A stretch of DNA of 35,122 bases from Rhodothermales bacterium. Its GTDB lineage: Bacteria > Bacteroidota > Rhodothermia > Rhodothermales > VXPQ01. The translations under genes were made by a program, and so were the position numbers. Under the pieces are notes generated by a model. It had not been told where the DNA came from and did not search any database. It saw only the letters and a list, made by a program, of their open reading frames with translations. Where the stretch lies: assembly GCA_040904565.1 (NCBI GenBank), contig JBBDTI010000049.1:1-35122 (forward strand), written 5' to 3'. Positions 28,255 through 35,122 of this stretch are shown here, in pieces; the stretch's first letter is position 1; every line of letters starts with the position of its first letter.

Positions 28255-29955
28255 GTGCAGACTAAGTATATCTTCGTTACGGGAGGCGTAACGTCATCGC
28301 TCGGTAAGGGGATCGTCTGCGCGTCGCTCGGCCGGCTGCTCGAGGCACGGGGGCTTCGCGTGACGATCCAGAAATTCGATCCATATATCAACGTGGATCC
28401 GGGGACGATGAATCCCTACGAGCATGGGGAGGTCTACGTCACGGAAGATGGCGCTGAGACGGATCTCGACCTGGGACATTACGAGCGATTTCTTGGACGG
28501 CCTACCAGCCAGGCCAACAACGTGACGACCGGCCGTGTGTACCTGGAGGTCATTACAAAGGAGCGAGCCGGAGCGTACCTCGGCAAGACCGTTCAGGTCG
28601 TGCCGCACATCATCGACGAGATTAAATACTGGATGCTCAAGCTCGGAGAGACGGGCCGGTACGACGTCGTCATCACCGAGATCGGCGGTACGGTCGGCGA
28701 CATCGAGAGTCAGCCTTATCTGGAGGCGATCCGCCAGCTGCGCTACGAGGTCGGTGTACGAAATACGCTGGACGTTCACCTGACGCTGGTGCCCTACCTG
28801 CAGGCGGCTGGGGAGCTGAAAACCAAGCCGACCCAGCATTCGGTAAAGACGTTGCTGTCGTACGGGCTGCAGCCGGACATCCTCGTGTGTCGGTCGGAGC
28901 ATCCGCTCGAAGCCGATCTTCGCAAGAAGATCGCTCTCTTCTGTAACGTGGAGCCTCGGGCCGTGATCGCGTCACTCGATGCCGAATCGATCTACGAAGT
29001 ACCGCTCCTGCTTAAGGAGGAGGGCATGGACGACATTGCCCTCGAACTCCTCGGGATTCCTTTCGAAGGAGACGAGCGAACCGTAGCCTCGGAGCCGAAA
29101 CTGGACGAATGGATCGAGTTCCTGAAGAAGCTCAAATCGCCGGAAGGCAAGGTTCGGGTGGCGCTCGTAGGCAAATACGTCGAACATCAGGACGCCTATA
29201 AGTCCATCACCGAAAGCTTCATCCTCGCGGGGGCGGCGAACGGCGTTCAGGTCGATATTAAGCACGTACTGTCCGACGAGATCACCGACGAGAATGTCGA
29301 TGAAGTGCTCGCCGACGTCGCGGGGGTCGTCGTGGCACCCGGGTTCGGCGATCGGGGCATCGACGGCAAGCTGATTGCCGTTCGGTATGCGCGCGAGCAG
29401 AACCTTCCCTTCTTCGGTATCTGTCTCGGCATGCAATGCGCTGTTATCGAATTCGCCAGGAACGTGTGCGGGTGGACGGATGCCCATTCCACGGAGTTCG
29501 ATCCGGAGACGCCGCATCCGGTGATCGACATCATGGAAGAGCAGAAGCGATTGACCGACAAGGGCGGGACGATGCGTCTCGGCGCGTATGACTGCCAGGT
29601 TGTCGAGGGATCCCGGGTCGCATCCATTTACGGTGTACCGGAGGTGTCGGAGCGACATCGACATCGTTACGAGGTCAATAACGTCCTCCGCTACAAGCTC
29701 CTCGAGCACGGCATGGCGTTCACGGGGATCAATCCTGGTCGAGACCTGGTCGAGATCATCGAGCTCCCTGAGAACCGCTGGTTTGTCGGCGTGCAGTTCC
29801 ATCCCGAATACAAGAGCACGGTCGGCCACCCGCACCCGCTCTTCAATTCGTTCGTGAATGCGTGCGTCGAATTCGCGCGCGAAGAAGACCTGCTGGAGTC
29901 GCCGCGCCCCCCGCATCGTCGAAAAGTCGTTCAACTGGCCTCGGCCAAGATGTAA
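28255..29955 (+). CDS. pyrG: CTP synthase
   Basis: [50 protein letters not shown] and QFHPE. GTG start. Confidence 0.98.
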   Translation: MQTKYIFVTGGVTSSLGKGIVCASLGRLLEARGLRVTIQKFDPYINVDPGTMNPYEHGEVYVTEDGAETDLDLGHYERFLGRPTSQANNVTTGRVYLEVITKERAGAYLGKTVQVVPHIIDEIKYWMLKLGETGRYDVVITEIGGTVGDIESQPYLEAIRQLRYEVGVRNTLDVHLTLVPYLQAAGELKTKPTQHSVKTLLSYGLQPDILVCRSEHPLEADLRKKIALFCNVEPRAVIASLDAESIYEVPLLLKEEGMDDIALELLGIPFEGDERTVASEPKLDEWIEFLKKLKSPEGKVRVALVGKYVEHQDAYKSITESFILAGAANGVQVDIKHVLSDEITDENVDEVLADVAGVVVAPGFGDRGIDGKLIAVRYAREQNLPFFGICLGMQCAVIEFARNVCGWTDAHSTEFDPETPHPVIDIMEEQKRLTDKGGTMRLGAYDCQVVEGSRVASIYGVPEVSERHRHRYEVNNVLRYKLLEHGMAFTGINPGRDLVEIIELPENRWFVGVQFHPEYKSTVGHPHPLFNSFVNACVEFAREEDLLESPRPPHRRKVVQLASAKM

Positions 29956-30346
29956 CCGGACCGTCGTTCGAGCAATGCTCCGCGGCCCGTCTGCCAGGCC
30001 GGTGCTTTCTTCCGGTTACGTCCAGCATACCCCTACGCTCCTCGTCCGTCTAGCTCCAGGCTTTCCACGTCGTTTCCGGGCACGATCGTGCTGCCCGACA
30101 CCCGCGCTGATCCTCGCTCCGTCGCCCACCGTACGGCCAGGTTGTCTCCCACGCTCCGGCCACTTTGTCGCCCATATCTTCGCGCGGCCTCCCCACCCCC
30201 CCGCCTGAATCCGTCCCCGCCTGATTCCCGATTATCTCACGGGAACGGAAGACGCACTCCGCCACCTCAGCGACTACACATATTTATTACATATTTTTAT
30301 ATATCTAAAGAGTAGAGCGAAGTACCAATTTTTTCTGGCTGATCAC

Positions 30347-30374
30347 TTGACATTCCAAATAAATGCAGTACTTT
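30347..30374 (+). promoter_or_regulatory. Putative dcw (Pmra) promoter
   Basis: Perfect TTGACA at 30347, 16-bp spacer, TACTTT at 30369. AT-rich tract upstream. Confidence 0.6.
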
Positions 30375-30383
30375 GGATTGTGC

Positions 30384-30400
30384 GTGGGGAAAAGTGGGGA
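30384..30400 (+). promoter_or_regulatory. MraZ-binding direct repeats
   Basis: GTGGGGA at 30384 and 30394 (10-bp period), just downstream of the promoter. Matches the known GTGG/TGGG 10-bp-period MraZ boxes. Confidence 0.75.
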
Positions 30401-30506
30401 ACAATCCCATGCATGAATCGCTTAACGGTCAGCATGCTGATAGTTGACGCGCCGGCGGGGTCCTCGCCGACCGGCGCTTCGTGGGCACAACGGGCTCTTT
30501 GGCTTA

Positions 30507-30950
30507 ATGGCAAGCTTCAAGGGACAGGCAGAGTACTCCGTCGACAGCAAGGGTCGCGTAGCGATCCCGGCGAAGATGAGGAATGCCCTGAGCCCGGAGG
30601 CAAAAAACAGCTTTACGATCACGCGCGGCTTCGAGCAGTGCATCAACCTCTATCCGTTGGACCAGTGGGAAAAACGGGAGGCGGAAATCAGTGAGCTGAA
30701 TACGTATCGCAGCGAGGCGCGCGACTTCGTGCGCACCATCATGATGTGGGCCGATGAGGTCACGCTGGATGCGCAGGGGCGCATCGTGGTACCAAAACCG
30801 CTGCTGAAGTTTGCCGGGATCGAGGATCAGGCGCTGATAATCGGTGCGCTGGATCACATAGAGATATGGAATTCGGAGTCCTTCGAGGCCTACCAGGAAG
30901 GCATCGGATCTGATTATCCGACCCTTGCGGAGCGCGTGCTTGGGATGTAA
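30507..30950 (+). CDS. mraZ: Transcriptional repressor MraZ
   Basis: Two DxxGR motifs (VDSKGRV, LDAQGRI) and DHIEIW. First gene of the dcw cluster. Confidence 0.97.
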   Translation: MASFKGQAEYSVDSKGRVAIPAKMRNALSPEAKNSFTITRGFEQCINLYPLDQWEKREAEISELNTYRSEARDFVRTIMMWADEVTLDAQGRIVVPKPLLKFAGIEDQALIIGALDHIEIWNSESFEAYQEGIGSDYPTLAERVLGM

Positions 30951-30974
30951 CCGGGGGCTTCCTCCATCACGCAT

Positions 30975-31988
30975 ATGGCTGGAAGCGACAGACAAAATGA
31001 CGGTACGGACGGCGGCGGTGCACGACGCTACGCCTCGGCTTTCCATACCCCTGTTCTTTGCAAAGCTGTTGTACAACGACTTGTTACCAAATTAGGCGGC
31101 GTGTACGTGGATACTACCTTGGGTGGGGGTGGACACAGTGCTGCACTGCTCGATGCGCTTTCATCGAGAGGCAGGGTGATCGGCATCGACCAAGATGCTG
31201 AGGCGCTCGATGCAGCTCGCAGCAGACTCGCCGCCGACATTGAGCGCGGACGGTTTACGGCCCTTCGTGGCAACTTCGAGGAGATCGAGCGCTTGCTCGA
31301 CGAGGTGGGTGAGCCGCTGGTGGACGGCCTTTTGGCCGATCTCGGCGTCTCGTCCCATCAACTCGATACCGCATCGCGTGGATTCAGTTACAGCTCCGAG
31401 GGCGAGCTCGACATGCGCATGGATGCGCGCGGCGGGCTCTCCGCTCACGACATGGTAAATGAGTGGGAGGAGCACGAGCTAAAAGACGTGTTTTCGGCGT
31501 ACGGCGAGGAGCCGCGGTCGGGGCGCATCGCGCACGCGATTGTGGCTGCCCGGCCCCTCGAAAGCACGACCGAACTGGCAGACGTCATACGTCGCGTCGT
31601 GCCGGAAAGGGAGGAGGTGAAGACGTTGTCTCGGGTGTTTCAGGCGCTGCGAATCGCCGTGAACCGGGAAATTGATGCACTCGAGCGCGCGCTCCAGGCG
31701 TCGGTTGGCGTCGTTCGGCCCGGGTGTCGTATGGCAGTGATCAGTTACCATTCGCTCGAAGACAGGCGGGTCAAGAGGTTTTTCCGATACGGCAATTTCG
31801 AAGGAGAGCCGTTGCGCGACCTTTACGGCAATTTACTGGCTCCGTGGAAGGAACTGACGCGGAAGCCGATCCGGCCCGGAGAGGCTGAGGTGGCTGCGAA
31901 TCCGCGAGCACGCAGCGCAAGGCTACGCGTCGCGGAGCGTACCGAATTGGAATGGCCGCCGGCACAGGAGGCACTTAAGGCGAGGTGA
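30975..31988 (+). CDS. rsmH: 16S rRNA m4C1402 methyltransferase RsmH
   Basis: HTPVL, DTTLGGGGHS, DLGVSSHQ, LDMRM, FQALRIAVN, SYHSLEDR and NPRARSA. Confidence 0.97.
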   Translation: MAGSDRQNDGTDGGGARRYASAFHTPVLCKAVVQRLVTKLGGVYVDTTLGGGGHSAALLDALSSRGRVIGIDQDAEALDAARSRLAADIERGRFTALRGNFEEIERLLDEVGEPLVDGLLADLGVSSHQLDTASRGFSYSSEGELDMRMDARGGLSAHDMVNEWEEHELKDVFSAYGEEPRSGRIAHAIVAARPLESTTELADVIRRVVPEREEVKTLSRVFQALRIAVNREIDALERALQASVGVVRPGCRMAVISYHSLEDRRVKRFFRYGNFEGEPLRDLYGNLLAPWKELTRKPIRPGEAEVAANPRARSARLRVAERTELEWPPAQEALKAR

Positions 31989-31992
31989 ACCC

Positions 31993-32259
31993 ATGGAATT
32001 ACGCATAGACATACACGGCAAGGTCATCGAGTGGCTCTCCTCTATGGGCTACCCGGTTTCCGGGATGCCGGTAGAGCTGCTGCGCGGCATGCTTCTTCGT
32101 GAAGCCCGCCAGTGGCAGGTGTCACCCGAGCGGCTTGAGACCATGATCCTCGAGGAAGCTCGGCAGCCGGACCGGGAACGGACGGGTTTTGCTACGTTCG
32201 AGCGCGATCCGCGTGCCGTCGCCGGCGTGAGCGGGACGACGGTCGAAATGGCGCACTGA
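31993..32259 (+). CDS. Hypothetical 88-aa protein inserted in the dcw cluster
   Basis: ATG 4 bp after the rsmH stop, with GAGGTGA Shine-Dalgarno overlapping that stop. Fills the rsmH-ftsL gap. Confidence 0.7.
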   Translation: MELRIDIHGKVIEWLSSMGYPVSGMPVELLRGMLLREARQWQVSPERLETMILEEARQPDRERTGFATFERDPRAVAGVSGTTVEMAH

Positions 32260-32302
32260 TCGCCGGGCGGATTCGCCGAAGCCCCAATGGAGTACGTGCG
32301 AC

Positions 32303-32758
32303 ATGGCGACAACACAACGCGAAACACGGTATAGGTTGAGGAAAGCGAGGCCGTCTCCCGGGCGGCCTCGCTCCGTCCGGTCAAGCCCTAGTCGGGGCCA
32401 TAGCACGTCTCAAGCGCTGCCTGGTTGGAACGACCTCGCCGGATCTAACGAGCGGACGCGGCCCCGTTCGGGGCGGGCGTCTGTTCTAGAACGTGTGTCG
32501 ACGACCCGGTTTACGTTGCTCGTCTCCGGACTGGCGCTGCTGTTTACGGTGTACATAGGTCACGTTCATGCGACGCAAAACCTGCTAAACGAGCTCCAGC
32601 AAGAGCGCCGCGAGAATCTCCGCCTACACCTGAAATACAATCGCCTGAAGGGAGACTTCGACGAAATGGTCGGACCCTCCGTCATATATCAACGTGCGCG
32701 AAGCCTTGGCCTCGTAGAGGATCCGGCATTCGGTCCTTCGATTGAGGTAGATAACTAA
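32303..32758 (+). CDS. ftsL: FtsL-like cell division protein
   Basis: Position directly before the PBP gene. Cytoplasmic N-terminus, single TM (FTLLVSGLALLFTVYIG), heptad coiled coil and I..RARSLGL tail. Confidence 0.75.
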   Translation: MATTQRETRYRLRKARPSPGRPRSVRSSPSRGHSTSQALPGWNDLAGSNERTRPRSGRASVLERVSTTRFTLLVSGLALLFTVYIGHVHATQNLLNELQQERRENLRLHLKYNRLKGDFDEMVGPSVIYQRARSLGLVEDPAFGPSIEVDN

Positions 32759-32806
32759 TGTCGCCCGCACACACGTCGCGACGAGCAGCAGCAGGAGGCA
32801 TCCCAC

Positions 32807-34945
32807 GTGGAACCGAGAGATTCGATACTGGCCAGAATGTACGTAGTGCTGACGTTGCTCAGCCTGCTGCCGCTGCTGGTCGTCGCGCAGATTGCGCGAA
32901 TCTACGTCACACAGGGCGGTGAACTGCGGGCTCAGGGTGAACGCCAGGCCAGTTCTTTCGTGAATATTCCCGCCATCAGGGGGGCGATATATGATCGGGC
33001 TGGGCGCATGCTGGGCGTCAACACGGCCCGTTACGACCTGGCACTCGATCCCACGGTAACGGGATTTGAGCAGCAAGCACGTTCGTTCTTTGAAAGGTTG
33101 TCAAAGCTAACCGGCACGCCCGCGTCTCAATTGCAGCGGCGCGTTGCACGGCGTTCGAGCCCCAAGTACGTACAGCTCGTGCGTGGCGTTACGGAACAGC
33201 AGAAGGAAGAGATCGAAAGCTGGGGAGTCCCGGGTCTTATGCTCGATCCGACGTTCGCGCGGCGCTATAACTACGGGCCAACGGCCGCCCACGTGCTGGG
33301 CTACGTGAGTCCGGAAGGATCCGGCCTCGCCGGCCTTGAGCTGCACTACGACCAGCAGCTAACGGGAACGGATGGGCGACGCGCCGTCAAACGCGATCGG
33401 CTCGGACGCATTCGCGCCTACGTGGATGGACAGGTCGTGGAGCCCGAACATGGGGAGTCGCTGATCCTGACGATCGATCTGATTCGCCAGACGATCCTCG
33501 AAGAAGAGCTCAAGCGCGGCGTGGCCGAGGCGGGTGCCAGGGCCGGGTCGGCTGTGGCCCTCGACCCCCGGACGGGTGCGATTCTGGCAATGGCGAACGT
33601 GCCGACGTTCGATCCGAACCGCGCAGGCACGTACTCCGCTGAGTCGCGGCGTAACCGTGCCATCACGGACCGGCTCGAGCCCGGATCTACGTTCAAGCTC
33701 GTTGCGGCCGTCGCCGCCATCGAGCAAAACCTGATCGAGATGGAGGATACCGTCGATACCGGTGACGGCTGGGCGGTCTTACAAGGGAGAACCCTGCACG
33801 ACACGCACGCCCACGGCGAGATTCCCTTTCGGGAAGTCATCGCCGTCTCGAGCAACGTGGGTACGGCGAAAGTCGTGTCCGATCTCGACGCCGGAACGTT
33901 CTACCAGTACGCGCGCAATCTCGGGTTCGGGCAGCCTACGTGGGTCGACCTGCCAGGCGAGATCGCCGGAAGGCTTAAGCGGCCGGCAGAATGGAGCGGT
34001 ACGACGCTGACGTCGATGGGGATCGGCTACGAAGTCGATGTCACGCCGCTGCAACTGGCCGTTGCCTACGCGGCGCTCGCCAACGGCGGCCTGCTCGTCC
34101 AGCCATACGTCGTCTCGGAACGACGCGATATCACGGGAAACGTTACGTGGAAGGTGACGCAGGATTCCGTGCGGCGGGCCTTTCGAAGCAGAACGGCTCG
34201 AACCATCCTGCCTGCTTTTGAAGATGCCGTATCCGCGGGGACCGCGACGAACGCACAGGTCGCCGGCTTAACGATCGCTGGAAAAACTGGTACCGCACGG
34301 AAGGTAACGGATGGATCGTATGAACCGGGCGCCTACCGTGCGTCCTTCGTCGGATTCTTCCCGGCGAACGATCCGCAGGTCGTGCTCGCCGTCGTCATCG
34401 ACGAGCCACAGACGTCCAGTTACGGAGGGGCGTCAGCAGCGCCGATCTTTCAGCAGACCGCCCGCCGGTGGATCTCGACGTTCCCGATGATTGCACAGCA
34501 GGTTGCACCGCCGCCGATGCTTCCGGAGAAGCCCCGTTATCTGGTACCGAACGTCGAAGGGCTGCCCCGGCGCATCGCCGCCCGGCGTCTCGCGGCATCT
34601 GGACTTCGGGCCGCTCCAGCGACTAACGCCGCACTGACCGTGACGGCCGCGCAGGAGCCGGAAGGGGGATCACTCGTATCGCCGTTTCAGCACGTGCACC
34701 TGTCCGGCCCCGATCCGTCGCCAGAACGAGGATCCGTCATCGACGTGGGAGCGGCTACGACAGTGGGGGAGCGCACGGACTCCGGTACGACACCAGATTT
34801 CCGCGGATGGAGTGCCCGCGAGGCTGTGTATTGGCTCGCCCGGCACGACGTACATGCACAAATTGAAGGCGAGGGTCTCGTCGCAAGCCAGCATCCGTCA
34901 GCCGGCCGGCCTCTCACGGACGTGGTGGTGCTACGATGCCGGTGA
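32807..34945 (+). CDS. ftsI: Class B penicillin-binding protein FtsI/PBP3 with C-terminal PASTA-like domains
   Basis: RGAIYDR, RRYNYG, GLAGLE, SxxK (EPGSTFK), SSN and KTGT motifs. PASTA-like VPNVEGL and PDFRGWSAREA. AGGAGG before the GTG start. Confidence 0.93.
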   Translation: MEPRDSILARMYVVLTLLSLLPLLVVAQIARIYVTQGGELRAQGERQASSFVNIPAIRGAIYDRAGRMLGVNTARYDLALDPTVTGFEQQARSFFERLSKLTGTPASQLQRRVARRSSPKYVQLVRGVTEQQKEEIESWGVPGLMLDPTFARRYNYGPTAAHVLGYVSPEGSGLAGLELHYDQQLTGTDGRRAVKRDRLGRIRAYVDGQVVEPEHGESLILTIDLIRQTILEEELKRGVAEAGARAGSAVALDPRTGAILAMANVPTFDPNRAGTYSAESRRNRAITDRLEPGSTFKLVAAVAAIEQNLIEMEDTVDTGDGWAVLQGRTLHDTHAHGEIPFREVIAVSSNVGTAKVVSDLDAGTFYQYARNLGFGQPTWVDLPGEIAGRLKRPAEWSGTTLTSMGIGYEVDVTPLQLAVAYAALANGGLLVQPYVVSERRDITGNVTWKVTQDSVRRAFRSRTARTILPAFEDAVSAGTATNAQVAGLTIAGKTGTARKVTDGSYEPGAYRASFVGFFPANDPQVVLAVVIDEPQTSSYGGASAAPIFQQTARRWISTFPMIAQQVAPPPMLPEKPRYLVPNVEGLPRRIAARRLAASGLRAAPATNAALTVTAAQEPEGGSLVSPFQHVHLSGPDPSPERGSVIDVGAATTVGERTDSGTTPDFRGWSAREAVYWLARHDVHAQIEGEGLVASQHPSAGRPLTDVVVLRCR

Positions 34946-35122
34946 TGACCTTCTCCGCGCTGACGGACAGACTGCGGGAGGCCGGACTACTACGTGAGAC
35001 CTACGGGCGCTTTGACGACTTGAGGATCGACCATCTGGCCGGCGACAGCCGGCGGGTGCGACCGAATGGGCTTTTCGTCGCGGTTCGCGGCACGGAGGCC
35101 GACGGTCACCTGTTCATTGACA
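34945..35122 (+). CDS. murE: UDP-MurNAc-tripeptide synthetase MurE, N-terminus (3' truncated)
   Basis: TGATG overlap with the ftsI stop. Translation MTFSALTDRL..IDHLAGDSRRVRPNGLFVAVRGTEADGHLFID contains the DSR.V...LFVA..G...DGH.F Mur ligase start, and the gene follows ftsI. Confidence 0.9.
   Translation, partial: MTFSALTDRLREAGLLRETYGRFDDLRIDHLAGDSRRVRPNGLFVAVRGTEADGHLFID

Noticed and set aside
29952-30019. 9-bp inverted repeat gtaaccgga/tccggttac spanning the pyrG stop
   Set aside because: 50-nt loop and no U-tract, so not a convincing terminator or mobile-element end.
32758-32922. 54-codon ORF starting at the TAATG overlap with the ftsL stop
   Set aside because: Out of frame with and overlapping ftsI, which has its own AGGAGG-GTG start. 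The sequence is not protein-like.

Overview
GC-rich bacterial chromosomal window with no tRNA, rRNA, CRISPR or mobile element that I can recognise. A Bacteroidota-type gene set at high GC suggests Rhodothermia (Rhodothermales); this is inference. Left part: a partial M48 peptidase and a MaoC dehydratase, then a ~12.3 kb envelope/glycolipid cluster (1547-13834). The cluster holds three GT4 glycosyltransferases, a SAM methyltransferase, a UPF0104/flippase-like protein, DUF3047, an MMPL/RND exporter, and two HTTM (vitamin K-dependent carboxylase/SdpB-like) membrane enzymes. One HTTM enzyme is fused and the other is split into two genes, both in the same operon. This cluster is the best candidate for an undescribed system. 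Right part is housekeeping: uvrA paralog, BatA/vWA protein, hflX, CBS protein, hypothetical, gyrB, GT2-GT4-methyltransferase, pyrG, and the start of the dcw cluster (mraZ, rsmH, an inserted 88-aa ORF, ftsL, ftsI, partial murE). Several candidate cis-elements are noted. All family calls come from motif recognition by eye; no searches were run.
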